A stretch of 64,000 nt of DNA from Dictyostelium discoideum (Eukaryota). Each line of letters starts with the position of its first letter. Position 1 is the stretch's first letter. Of the stretch, positions 49,318 to 63,278 are shown one piece after another. The notes beneath the pieces are model-generated. The model searched no databases. It saw nothing but the letters and a program-made list of their open reading frames with translations, and was not told the origin of the DNA. Position numbers and translations under genes: made by a program. The DNA lies in assembly GCA_000004695.1 (NCBI GenBank), contig CM000153.2:352001-416000 (forward strand), read 5' to 3'.

Positions 49318-51732
49318 TTTTAATAGATAATAATGATAATATTAAAATAATAGTACCAAAAGATGTTGAATCATTGTCCTTAGATGGTTTAAAACAAGAA
49401 TTAATTATTGACTCAATTCCTAATTCTGTAATTCATCCCCCTTTAGAAGATGAATTCAATAAATGTACATTACACCCAAACAAAGACATAATATCCTTGT
49501 GTTTATATTGTGAATTAATGCCATGTTGTGCTCTATGTATATCAAGTGAAGGGGAGCATCATGGTCATAATTCTGATTCATTAAAATCAACTTCAAATAT
49601 TCTTTCATTAGCGAAAAATTTTAAAGATGATATATATCAAAAAGTAATAGGCAGAATAGAATCAAATCAAAAAATATTAAAAAAATCAAATGATATATAC
49701 TATGAAATTAAAAGAATTTACGATATTATTTCAATGATAGATTTAGATATTAAAAAACAATTAGAAACAACCTTTGACGATAATACATTAATAATAAATA
49801 CAAGTATAACTTCAATCAATAATGAAAATGAAATACTCTCAACAATAATTAATAATAATAAACATAACGATAATGATGTTGATAATGGTCAAACAGTAAT
49901 TGAAATATTAAATCAAATTATTATAAAAAACAATCAACAACTTGATAGAGATACAATTAAAATTATTAAACAATATCAACAATCATTAATAGTATTAAAT
50001 AATTATAATAATATATATAATTTTAATAAATTAAAAGAATATAAAAACCAAAGTATTCATTTTAATAATCAAATAATTGATGATATTAAAAATAATTTAA
50101 ATTCAATTTATATCTTAAATGACACTAATATTCATAAAAATAATAGATACAAAGTAGAAATCGATGAAAACAATAATGAATTTATTAACTGTAAGTTTTA
50201 TTTATACAAATTTTTTATAAATGATATTCACAATCTTCTAATTACCAAATATAGATGATGGTTTAAAGTTTTATATTTATACATATAGTGATTCTTTTAA
50301 ATTAAAAAATGGTTGTGGTATAGCATTTACAGACCATTGTAATATTTTATCAAAATTAAAAAATAAATTACCATTAAATGTAATGCTGTTAGATGGATTC
50401 AATCAAAAATTAACACCAGGTATATTACCAGAAGGTGTTCAGTTATTGTATTTAGGTGATATTAAACAAGAATTAATGATTGGTTCAATTCCTAAAACTG
50501 TATTTAATGTCTATTTACTTGATGGATTCAATCAAAAACTATTACCAGAACGTGTTCGATCATTGCATTTAGGTGATATTAAACAAGAATTAATGATTGC
50601 TTCAATTCCTAAAACTGTATTAAGTCTCTATTTAGAAAATGGATTCAATCAAAAATTAACACCAGGTATATTACCAGAAGGTGTTAGATCATTGTATTTA
50701 CGTGATATTAAACAAGAATTAATAATTGGTTCAATTCCTAAAACTGTATCTAGTGTCCATTTAGAAAATGGATTCAATCAAAAATTAACACCAGGTATAT
50801 TACCAGAAGGTGTTATATCATTGTATTTATGTGATATTAAACAAGAATTAATAATTGGTTCAATTCCAAAAACTGTATATAGTGTCCATTTAGAAAATGG
50901 ATTCAATCAAAAATTAACACCAGGTATATTACCAGAAGGTGTTAAATTATTGTATTTAGGTGATATTAAACAAGAATTAATGATTGGTTCAATTCCTAAA
51001 ACTGTATCTAGTGTCCATTTAGAAGATGGATTCAATCAAAAACTAACACCAGGTATATTACCAGAAGGTGTTAAATCATTGGATTTAGGTGATATTAAAC
51101 AAGAATTAATAATTGGTTCAATTCCTAAAACTGTATCTAGTGTCTATTTAGAAAATGGATTCAATCAAAAATTAACACCAGGTATATTACCAGAAGGTGT
51201 TGAATCATTGGATTTAGGTGATATTAAACAAGAATTAATGATTGGTTCAATTCCTAAAACTGTATCTAGTGTCTATTTAGAAAATGGATTCAAACAAAAA
51301 TTAACACCAGGTATATTACCAGAAGGTGTTAAATCATTGCATTTATGTGATATTAAACAAGAATTAATGATTGGTTCAATTCCTAAAACTGTATTTAGTG
51401 TCTATTTAGAAAATGGATTCAATCAAAAATTAACACCAGGTATATTACCAGAAGGTGTTAAATCATTGCATTTACGTAATATTAAACAAGAATTAATGAT
51501 TGGTTCAATTCCTGAAACTGTATCTAGTGTCCATTTAGAAAATGGATTCAATCAAAAATTAACACCAGGTATATTACCAGAAGGTGTTAAATTATTGCAT
51601 TTAGGTGATATTAAACAAGAATTAATAATTGGTTCAATTCCTAAAACTGTAACTGAAGTGGTTATTTTTAGTAGTTTTAAACTACAAATTAAACCTTATG
51701 TTTCTGATACTGTTAAAATAACTATCGTGTAA
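48627..51732 (+). CDS. B-box zinc-finger plus FNIP-repeat protein (family member 2). Exons are 48627..50190 and 50255..51732.
   Basis: Two B-boxes are CIHHNRDLVVFCLSCCYPCCVECMASEKHHYHDF and CTLHPNKDIISLCLYCELMPCCALCISSEGEHHGHN. The donor AACT|GTAAGT at 50191 and acceptor ATATAG|AT at 50254 join in phase (..EFIN-Y-DGLKF..) into 17 tandem FNIP units (LENGFNQKLTPGILPEGVKSLYLGDIKQELMIGSIPKTVSSV). Confidence 0.65.
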
Positions 51733-51949
51733 AAAAAAAAAAACGGGTTTAATAAAGAATTCCAATAAAAAAAAATTGAAACCACAACATTTTAATTACT
51801 TTTTTTTTTTTTTTTTTTTTTTTTCCTTAAACCCTTAAAAACAAGTTAGAGTATTAGAACTAACCAATTATTCAACTTCAACTTCAATATCAATATCAAT
51901 ATCAATATCAACTTCAACTTCAACGAGCCCACATCGAGATCAACATCAA

Positions 51950-52090
51950 AAGCAAAGTCTTGGGGAGAAAATTAGACAACTTAACAAAGAAAATAAGACA
52001 ATAAGAAATATAACTTGAAACAACTAAAACAAATGATAGTCCTCCTGAAAAACAATAGTAATAGTAGTAGTAATAGTAGTAGTCAGCGGT
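51950..52090 (+). pseudogene. Fragment copied from inside the B-box gene at 46213
   Basis: The stretch AAGTCTTGGGGAGAAAATTAGACAACTTAACAAAGAAAATAAG...GAAACAACTAAAACAAATGATAGTCC closely matches 46695..46790 (SLGDKIGQLNEKIEQ...LETTKINDSP), but stops occur in every frame. Confidence 0.55.
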
Positions 52091-52467
52091 GGTAGTAGCA
52101 CAATTTAATTATCATTACCAAAATATAATCAAATTCCATTCAGATATTAAATATTCAAATTGAGATTATAATTGATGAAAATGAAATTATCAAAGATTTA
52201 TCATCAATTGTTGTAGGGAAATTTCAAAAAAATTTCACTACATTAACAGTAGTGATTTTTTGCAGTGAAAAACCAAAATGTATATTCAGTGAAAAAATTA
52301 ATAAACAATTACTTGATTGTTTAGATTAACAATTTACTTTCAAATTTGCGCCAAATTTTTTTTTTTTTTTAATTTTTTTTTAATTTTTTTTTTTTAATTT
52401 TTATAAAAAATATAAATATAAAAATGAAATAAAAAATTAAAGAAATATGAAAAAATGAAATAATAAC

Positions 52468-52601
<134 letters not shown>

Positions 52602-52711
52602 TTAATAATAATTAATAATAATTTAAACTGTTTAAAAATAGTTGTTTTTTATTGTTTTGGTTAACAATTTTTATATTTTATTTTTCTTATTATTAAATTT
52701 ATTGTTATATA

Positions 52712-53456
52712 ATGGAAATAGAGATATTAAAACTCATAATATTTTATTGGATGGAAAATAATGATCCAATATTAATTGATTTTGGATTGTCAATAATAAA
52801 GGAACCAGATAACTCCAATTTTACTTCTAAATGTGGAACCACAAAATATTTACCACCAAAAAATTCCACTATGACTGATAAAGCTGATATTTGGTGTTTC
52901 GGATTAGCCATTCTTGAAATGTTTGGTGAATTGAAAACAGATTCGAATAATTTGCCAATAATTCATACTCATTTATCAAATGAATGTAAAGAAGTATTGG
53001 AACAGCTCTTAGGGTCGATCCAAATCATAGGTACAGTGCTAAACAATTATTGGAACTACCTTGGTTTAAAGATAAAGATTTACTTTCAATTTTTAAACAA
53101 AATGGTACAGATAATAAAATAATCAATGGAGGTATCACCATTAATTTAAAATACAATGATTCTTATTATTTTTTAAATCAACAAAGATGCAAATTCCACA
53201 CGTTGAAAGTGATAAAAGAACTTTTTTCAATTTTTATATAAACACTAAAGAAATTACAGAAACTATTGGTCCTTACGAATTAAATATTAAAAAAGAGTTT
53301 AACGAAAATCAAAACTATCTAAATTATTTGTTGAGTGGCCGCTACAATGGAGAAGATATTTCAAGTATGGAAAATAGGGTCAATGAACTTGTTCCTCGGA
53401 TTGTCTATCAAACTATTATTCATTTTCCAAATAAATTCATTTTAAAACAAAAATAA
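52712..53456 (+). pseudogene. Truncated, frameshifted copy of the Ser/Thr kinase gene at 482..1822
   Basis: The pieces NNDPILIDFGLSIIKEPDNS..., ADIWCFGLAILEMFGELKTDSNNLPIIH, ELPWFKDKDLLSIFKQNGTDNKIING and ...NELVPRIVYQTIIHFPNKFILKQK are near-identical to the left-end kinase but are split over three frames. Subdomains I-VI are missing. Confidence 0.75.
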
Positions 53457-53619
53457 AAAAAAAAAAACTAAAATAAAATATAATAATGTTTTACCTATAT
53501 CCTTTATGGATAAAAAGTGTTTTTTTGTATATCCCCTCAATCCTTTTTTTAAAAATAATTATTCAAGAACAACAACAATTATCATTACCACTTTTTTTAA
53601 TTTTAATCAAAAATTAGTA

Positions 53620-53930
53620 CCTGGAATATTATATTGGATCCACTTTCTATGCAAAAAGGTGATATTAAACTACAAGTGATAGTTTCAATTCCCAATATTG
53701 TAAAAACTATCTATATAGAAAGTGGATTCAATAAGTATAAACACCTGCTATATCACACAGGGTGTTATAAAATTGCATTTAGGTGGATTATACCAATGTT
53801 TCAAAGAAGAAAAAGCAAGAAAAGTTTTCATTCCAAAATTTTCAATATTTCAAGGAGGAGAAAAAAAACGATTTCAGTTGGTAACCAACAACAAATTGAA
53901 ACTAATCAAAAATCAAACTAACAACCATTA
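53620..53930 (+). pseudogene. Degenerate FNIP-repeat fragment
   Basis: VPGILYW...TIYIESGFNKYK... and VIKLHLGGLYQ echo the FNIP unit (TPGILPEGV...VYLENGFNQKL...LHLGDIKQ), with stops and frame changes. Confidence 0.45.
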
Positions 53931-54180
53931 ATTTTTTAGGTATTGATTAACCAATTTAAATCACCTTAATGACCCGACCATCACTCAACTCAAAGGCATT
54001 ACTTTCAAAAATTATAAAACATAAAATAAATATGTTATTAAACTCTTAAAGAGTTTGATGTAGTCAACTTGTTGTTGATCTATATTCTCTATCAAAAACC
54101 TAATTTGTAAATAAAAAAAAATAAAAAAAGGCCTTGTTGCCATTTTTATTTTAAAATTATCTTTTATTTGTTTTTTTTTT

Positions 54181-54600
54181 CAATATGACTTTGAATGAGT
54201 TACCTGTACCCCATGCTCATCTTCTTTATAATAGGATGGTATGTGTACTTCTATTGTATTTAACTTGATTACTTTTAAACTCTTGGGATTAGTGCATCTT
54301 AATAATCGGAACTAAATTGCTTCAGTTGTTGTTAAATATGAACCTGATTGTTTTAATCTCCTTAAAGAGGCTGTATATTCTAAATAGGTAATTGATGCTG
54401 TTGCAAAAATAACAAAACTAAATAATAATAGTAACAATAAATTAGTTAAAAATTTTTTTAATTTAATTTTTACCTCTGAATCAGATGATATTACTGTTCT
54501 GAGGAATCTATTTTATTCAAATTTAAAATTCATCTATATGTTTTTTAAAATCTTTTTTATATATTGAAAAAAGTGTTTTTTCAAAAACAAGATGATTCGA
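54181..54600 (-). pseudogene. Degenerate partial copy of the isochorismatase paralog at 57273..58244
   Basis: 54181..54420 aligns to 57281..57500 (...CTGTACCCCAT.CTCAT.CTCTTTATAATAGGATGGTA... and CTTCAGTTGTTGTTAAATAT..ACCTGATTGTTTTAATCTC.TTAAAGAGGCTGTATATTCTAA). 54520..54600 aligns to 57871..57930. In-frame stops are present. Confidence 0.6.
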
Positions 54601-54643
54601 TTATTGTTTTACTTGGCTTGGATAATTTTTAGAAAATTATCTA

Positions 54644-54686
<43 letters not shown>

Positions 54687-55131
54687 AATTAAATTATTTT
54701 TGTTTAGGTTTTTATTATTTTTATTGTTTTGTTGTAAGGAATTATTATTTTTGAGTGGGCTATAGTTTTTTTTTTTTTTTTTTTTTTGCTTTTTATAAAC
54801 AAAATTAAAATAAGTAGAAACTAAAAACAAACTAAAAGAAAATAATAAATAAAATGTTTTTATTTTTTTTTAAAAAAAAAGATAATGGTTTTAAGATAAA
54901 ATAAAGTTTTTAAAAAAAAAAAATAAAAAAATAAAAAAAAACCAATTTTTGATTGATTAAAAAAAAAAAATAAAAATAACTTAATATTTTGAGAATTAAT
55001 TTTTTTTTTATATTTTAATTTGTTTTTTTATTTTTAAACCACCCAACCATTTTCCAACATAAATAAATATTTATTTTTACCCACCTTCATTTTTTTTAAT
55101 CAATAATTGTTTTCTTTAAAAAAAAAACCAA

Positions 55132-55172
<41 letters not shown>

Positions 55173-55179
55173 GATAAAA

Positions 55180-56038
55180 ATGGAAGATGAAGAGGATATT
55201 TTTGAAGATGTTGGAATTTTTAATTTTAATTTTCCAAGTATGTTTAAATCTTCTGGAAATGTTAATGATAATGATGGTTTCAGATGTTCGCAAGCAAATT
55301 GTAATAAAGCTTTTAAAAACAAAGGTCAACTATCTTCGCATGTTAGATGGCATAGAAGACTTGATGCACAATTAGAAAGTGAAACCGATAATGGTGAAGA
55401 AGAAGAGTATTCAAATCCAATTAAACCTTCACAAAGAGGAATTCAATTAAGAAATCAAATGATTCGTTATGGCTTAAGTTTATTTAGAGTAGATTCTCAT
55501 GGAAAATACCTTTGTTTCTTTGAAGGTTGTAATCTTCGAATGCTAACAAACTTTTCTAGACATATCCATAAACATGAACAAAGAAATGACAAAATTAAAC
55601 CTGATCTTGTTGATTTAATTCCAAACTCAAATAATATTCCAGAAACCCAAAATATAAGGCCATATTCTTTACCTTCATCACCAACAAATTGTAAAATTTC
55701 ACCAGTTTTTTCAAAAAACATTCAAAATTTAATTATTAATCAAAATAAATATAACAACAATTATAATACCAATAATACCAATAATAACTCTAATAATACA
55801 AATAGTAATACAAATAATTATAACCATAATGAAGAAAATCAAAAAACAATTGATTTTGATTTTAGAAAAAAAAATTTAAAATTTTTTAAAAATAAAATTG
55901 AATATAAAAATAAAAATGTTGTAAATAATAAAATTAATACTAATAATATTATTAATAATAATGATGAAAATAATGAAATTAATGAAATTAATGAAATTAA
56001 AGAAATTAACGAAACTAATGAAATTAGTATTAATAATC

Positions 56039-56106
<68 letters not shown>

Positions 56107-57147
56107 TATAATAGTAATTGGTTGAAAGGTGATCAAAAGTCAGTCTTTGAAAATATAATAAAAGAAACAAAATTAAAATTATTACATAGTGGAAAAGAAG
56201 ATCTCTCTACAAAAAAAAAGGATTTCAACAATGATCCATCGCAAAGATTTATTTTCAAAATTCAAAGAAAATTTGTAAAATATATGGTTTCTAAGTACTT
56301 AGAAAATCATACAATAATTCATAATCCAGAACAACTTAAATTATGTGCGCCACCAATCATTAAAGAATATCTTGAAGAATTAATGTTGGAACAATCTAGT
56401 TTTAAAGAATTTTGTGATTTAATTGCAACAAATATTGGAAATGATAAAATTTTTGATGGAATAATTAAAAACAATAATTTAATGAGCATTAATTTTATAA
56501 ACAACAATAATAATATTAATAAAAAAAGTAAAGATCAAAATATAGAAAATATTAAGGATTTACAATCAATTAGATGCAGCCATCACTCTGATAAATTCAT
56601 TAACTTTATATGCAAAGATTGCAACTATCTACCATGTTGCGAGAGATGTAAAGATATTTTTTATCATAAAAGACACCAAGTTGAAGAATTGGATGAAATC
56701 AATGTTGACAATTTCATAAACAATTTAGATAGAAAACGTTTTAATATTGAAGTAATTAATGAAAACAATTGTCAATCTATAAATAAAAAAATAAATGGAC
56801 TTGGTTTGGGACATTTCAAAGAAACTCTTACAAATTTAATAGATAAAATAAATAAATGTGTATCAAAGACTATTGAACCACAATTTACAGATAGGGAAAT
56901 AAAAAACTTGGAGAAAATCATTACAATTGATGAAAAAAACAATAAATTAAAAGAAATGGGTGAACTTGTTATGCAGAATGGTGATTTAAAAAATCCAAAT
57001 TCTTTAAAAACTGCCGTTCACTATCTTCAAAATTTAGTGGAATTTGAAGAAATTAAAAAAGATTTGGAATTTACTCGTATAAATTTTGAAAAATTATTGG
57101 ATCTACTCAAATTGTTTGAATCAACAATTTCAAACCCCAATTGGTAA
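55180..57147 (+). CDS. C2H2 plus B-box zinc-finger protein (family member 3)
   Basis: FRCSQANCNKAFKNKGQLSSHVRWH and YLCFFEGCNLRMLTNFSRHIHKH are C2H2 fingers. CSHHSDKFINFICKDCNYLPCCERCKDIFYHKRHQVEELDE is a B-box. The C-terminus LKEMGELVMQNGDLKNPNSLKTAVHYLQNLVEF is paralogous to the 46213 gene. (AAT)n encodes poly-N. Confidence 0.7.
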
Positions 57148-57154
57148 ATCAATC

Positions 57155-57185
<31 letters not shown>

Positions 57186-57272
57186 CCATTTAAAAAATTG
57201 TATACATTTAAATAAACTTTTATTATTTTTTAATTTTAAATTTTTGAATGGCGTAGTTGTTTGTTTGTTTTT

Positions 57273-58244
<972 letters not shown>

Positions 58245-58684
58245 TTTCTTCTTCTTCTTTTTCAATTTTAATTTTAACGAATGGTTGTTGTATTAAAATT
58301 GAAAAGAAAAAAAAATAAAAAAAAAAATAAAATTTTTCATTTTATAAAAAAAAGCAATAAAAAAAATCTGGAGATATTTATTTTTATTTTTTTTTTATTT
58401 TTATATTTTTCTGTTTTTTCAATAATTTTTTTAATTACCAAATTTAAAATATTTTGATAAAAATAATAGAATTAATTCTTTTTTTTTGGGAAAAAAAAAA
58501 AAAATCTCAACTTATTTTTTCGATTACTATTTTATTTTCATCAAAACTATTTCTAAAAATATAAATATAACATTTTTTTTTTTTTTTTTTTTTTCTTTTT
58601 TTTTTGTTGAAAAAAAAAAAAATAATGCATAAAAAATAAATGTTATTAAATTAATGTATAATTATAAGTAAATTTACAATGATT

Positions 58685-58721
<37 letters not shown>

Positions 58722-59137
58722 AAAAAAAAAAATTAAAATCTAAGTATACTTTCACATAAATAAAAAGGAGAGTGAGATTGATAAGAAGAAAAAACAATGT
58801 GCCATTAATATTAAATTACAAATTGTAATAAAATTTTGAATAAAAAAAGTAATAAAATACAAACTTTTAAACCCAATTATAATGGGTTTCAAAATACAAA
58901 TTTTTTTTTTTTTTTACAACTAAATTTATTATTATAATTAATTTAACAGCTATTCATATGCAAAAAAACAAAAAGACAGTGTTTAAGTGGTAAATAAATA
59001 GAAAAAACAAATGTAAAATCTCTTTTATTTTATTTTTAATTTAATTCATTTTTTTTTATTTTTTTTTTTAATTGTTAATTCTGATGTGGTAAAATTGGGT
59101 GAGTGAATTATAATTTGAATAGTAATAATGGGATATG

Positions 59138-59170
<33 letters not shown>

Positions 59171-59565
59171 AATATGAAATACAAACAATTCACCACTTCA
59201 TTACACCCACAATAACACATATACACCCTAGACTTTTTACAATTACCAATTATATTTATTCAAATATTGTATATGAAAAAAAAAAAATAAAAAAAAAAAA
59301 TAAAATAATAAAAATAATAAAAAAAAAAAAATACAATGTTGCATCGCAATAGATTATCACACACACTTCGCACACTGTATAATATTAACACTAACACCCA
59401 TTTTCACACAACAAGTAATTATTTTTACCACTACAATTTTCAGCCATACCTATATGAATTCATATGATTAATTTACAATTATACATTGCTCAATGTTATT
59501 ATTATTATTATTATTATTTTTAAATTTATTTTTTTATTTTTTTTTTTTTTTTAAATTATTTATGA

Positions 59566-59598
<33 letters not shown>

Positions 59599-59745
59599 TT
59601 AAATAAATAAAAATAAAAAATAAATATTTTTTATAATTATAAAAGGGTATTAAATTTCAAATTCTTTTTCATTCATTCAATTTTGTAATTATAAAAAAAG
59701 GAATCAAATAATTATATATATATATAAAAATATAAAAAAAATAAA

Positions 59746-61523
59746 ATGAGAATTTTATATTTAGCTTCTCTTTTATTTTTAATTACATTATATCTATCAC
59801 CAACTTTTGGTTGGGGTGGTGGCAGAGGTAATTAATTTTATTTTATTTAAAATTTATTAATATTATTATTAAATAATAAAATTTCTAATAATAAATATTA
59901 TTTACTTTTTTTTTTTTTTTTTCTCTCTCAATATTAGATTGTGAAAGTCATCGTTCAGAATATACATGTAAATCAGATAGAAGTTGTGCATATTTACCAT
60001 TTGTATCATGTTGTGGTAAGAAAGAATTTTTCTGTGTTAATCGTGATCATAGAAATTGTTGTGATGATTTATCATGTGCTAAAAACACGAGAACTGGTGA
60101 AATCTTTGAGATTTGGTCAAGTTGTAAACCACATAGAGATTTTGTACCATATCATTCACCAAATACAACCACATGTGAATCATTAGGTTGTGAAGCAAGA
60201 GGTATGGAATGTGAATGGGTTGAATCATCACCATGTTATGGAACTTCTTGTTGCCCAAGAATTCCAAGATGTGTTGGTCATCATGGTGGCGGTCATAAAT
60301 GTGACAGAATGAGATGTCCAGAAGGATTCTATTGTGAAGAACAAGGTGGTAGTGCATGCTGCGTACCACATCATGACGGTTGTGGTAATATTCAATGTCC
60401 ATGGGGCCACTATTGTGTCAATGAACATGGTAAATGCAGATGTGTACCACACAGACCACCACCACGTCCACCAGTTGACCAATGCCGTAATCAACATTGT
60501 CCACATGGTTATTCATGTCGTGTCATTAAAGGTTGTGCCACTTGTGTCAGAGATGCCCGTCCACCACATAACCTTTGTCGTGGTTTTGGTTGTCCAGAAG
60601 GCTCCCATTGTGAAGTTCTTGAAAAACATCCAGTTTGTGTTAGAAATCATGTTCCACCACACCCACCACCACCACCACAAATTTGCGGTAGTGTAAATTG
60701 TGGTCCAGGTTATATTTGTACAATTATCAATGGTCATCCAACTTGTATTCGTGGTGATGGTTATTTATGTAATCAAACCCGTTGTCCACACGATTATCAA
60801 TGTGAAACCATTAGCACCAATATCGTGAAATGTTCACCAAAGAATGACGAATGTAAATGGCATCGTTGTCCACCAGGTTCCAGCTGCTTCAATAGTAGAA
60901 ACGGTCCACACTGTCTTGCCAATAATGTATTCCCACAACTTTGTAAAGTTACTCAATGTCCAACTGATTTCTCTTGTAAAATGATTAGAGGTAATCCAAC
61001 TTGTATTAAAGCAAGACCACCGGTACCACCACCACATTGCTCAACTTGTGCAGAGCTATCATCAGCATGTAATCACGTTGGAATGATTTGTATTCAAGTA
61101 CCAAGCAATTGTACCAATACTAGATTCCCATGTTGCCCATCTCATCCAATTTGTATTCATCCATCAACTACTGCTGCTTCAACCATTGCAACAACTGCAT
61201 CAACTGTCGCAACTACAACCTCTGCAACTACTGCAGGTACAACAACTGGTGGAACTACAACTGGTGGTTCAACTTCTGATAGTAGTGCTGCTTCCTCAGC
61301 CGATAGTAGCGCTGCCTCCTCATCACCATCAAGCAGTGCTGCTTCAAGTGCCGCTTCAAGTGAACCATCAAGTAGCGCCGCTTCAAGTAGTGCTCCATCC
61401 TCTGCTTCAAGTAGCGCTCCATCCTCTGCCTCAAGTAGTGCTCCATCATCATCAGCTTCAAGTTCAGCTGCATCATCAGCTGCAAGCTCAGAAAGCTCAG
61501 AAAGCTCATCAGCCACTTCATAA
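59746..61523 (+). CDS. Secreted cysteine-rich repeat protein with Pro-rich linkers and a Ser/Ala/Thr-rich C-terminal tail (spore-coat SP96/CotA-like architecture). Exons are 59746..59827 and 59938..61523.
   Basis: Exon 1 MRILYLASLLFLITLYLSPTFGWGGGR is a signal peptide with donor G|GTAATT, and the acceptor TATTAG|AT is in phase. There are about 12 repeats of C.{4-6}CP.G..C....G...C(V/I), PPHPPPPPQ linkers, and a tail of SSAASSAPSSSA repeats (mucin-like, O-glycosylation-type). Confidence 0.7.
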
Positions 61524-61537
61524 ATAAAACTTTGATC

Positions 61538-61569
<32 letters not shown>

Positions 61570-61940
61570 GAACCAAACAATAAAAAAAAAAAGAAAAAAA
61601 AAAAAACTTTAAAAAATAAAAAAAAAAATTAAATAAAAGTAATATTACAATAAAATATCCAAATCCCTATAAAAAATTTTATTATTATTTTAATTTTTTT
61701 TTTTTTTTTTTTGGATAAGATCATGATTAGTTCAAGATATTTTTATTTTTATTTTTTTAATTTTTTTTTCCAATTTTTTTTTTTTTTTTTTTTTCTTTTT
61801 GATGATTTTTTATCAATCGCATAATTTGAATCATTTTAAAAAAAATTAAATTTATAGATCAAAAATGGTATTATCATAGTATACCCACTTTTTTCCTCTT
61901 TTTTTAAAAAATAATAATTTTAAAAATAATAATACTTACA

Positions 61941-61987
<47 letters not shown>

Positions 61988-62243
61988 CTAAATAAAAAAG
62001 GAAAAAGAAATTTTAAATAATTTCCACCATTTTGATAATGAAATTTTAAATAATAACTACTTTAATAAAAATTATAAACACCAAGAATTTAAAAAATATT
62101 CACCTTCAATTCCACCATTACTTTCACCATTTAGTTCCATTAATCACATTCCATTCCAACAAAAAAATAATCCATCACTAATACCTACAAAATATATTCC
62201 ATCCATTTATAAAAATTCAAATAATGATAATAATAATTATTAT

Positions 62244-62300
<57 letters not shown>

Positions 62301-62384
62301 TTAAAAATTCAAGAAAAAATTCAATATGATTTATCAATTGAAAAAATTAAAGTTTTAGAGAAAACTTTAATTTCATTAGATGAA

Positions 62385-62903
62385 ATGATAGAAACTTTAG
62401 AAAACCAAGCATCAGTTTTAAAACAACAACAAATTCAAATACAAGAAAGAGAAAAAGAAAAAGAAAACAATTCAAAATTAGATTATAATTCAAAATCGAA
62501 ATCCAGAATTTCTTATTATGTTAAAAAGATGAAACCATTTGAAGAGAATAAAGTATCACAATGTTATTGGAATGATTGTAAAGATGAACCTAAAAAAATA
62601 TTTGATAATTTATCTGAACTTGGTGAACACATTGATGAACATGTAAATTCGTTAACAATGACTCAACTTAAATGTAAATGGAAAGATTGTCAAGCTTCAC
62701 AAAATACATTTTATAACAAGTATTCATTAATCAACCATATTAGATATAGACATACTGGTATAAAACCATTTATATGTAGAGATAGTAATTGTAGGAAAGC
62801 ATTTGTACGTAAGGCTGATTTAGACTCACATGAATCATCTCATCAAAAAAGAAATTTATCACTACAAAAATCAAATGATCAATTATTTGAAATAAAAATA
62901 TAA
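62385..62903 (+). CDS. C2H2 zinc-finger protein. Upstream exons are possible.
   Basis: CYWNDCKDEPKKIFDNLSELGEHIDEH, CKWKDCQASQNTFYNKYSLINHIRYRH and CRDSNCRKAFVRKADLDSHESSH are three C2H2-type fingers. Confidence 0.6.
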   Translation: MIETLENQASVLKQQQIQIQEREKEKENNSKLDYNSKSKSRISYYVKKMKPFEENKVSQCYWNDCKDEPKKIFDNLSELGEHIDEHVNSLTMTQLKCKWKDCQASQNTFYNKYSLINHIRYRHTGIKPFICRDSNCRKAFVRKADLDSHESSHQKRNLSLQKSNDQLFEIKI

Positions 62904-62961
62904 AAATAATAATAATTTCCTTTTTTTTTTTTTTTTTATTTCTTGGATTAAAATTTTGATC

Positions 62962-63024
<63 letters not shown>

Positions 63025-63278
63025 GTTGGAAATAAAAAAATATGTGAAATCAAGATGTAAATATTTCTAAATACATATTATTAAAATAATAAAGTAATGT
63101 TTTATTCAATTAAATTAAATTAAATTAAATTTTTTTTTTTTTTTTTTTTTTTTTTTCCAATTTTCAATTTTTTTTTTTTTTTAATTTTAATTTTCAATTT
63201 TTTTATTGATTTTTAATTAAATATAAAAAAAAAAAAATTAAATAAACAAATAATATATAGAAATAGAGAAATATAGAA

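Noticed and set aside
61157-61576. Minus-strand ORFs (ALLEAEDGALLEAEDG... and others) opposite the Cys-rich secreted protein gene
   Set aside because: They are antisense frames of the GC-richer Ser/Ala repeat region, and the sense strand carries the coherent signal-peptide gene.
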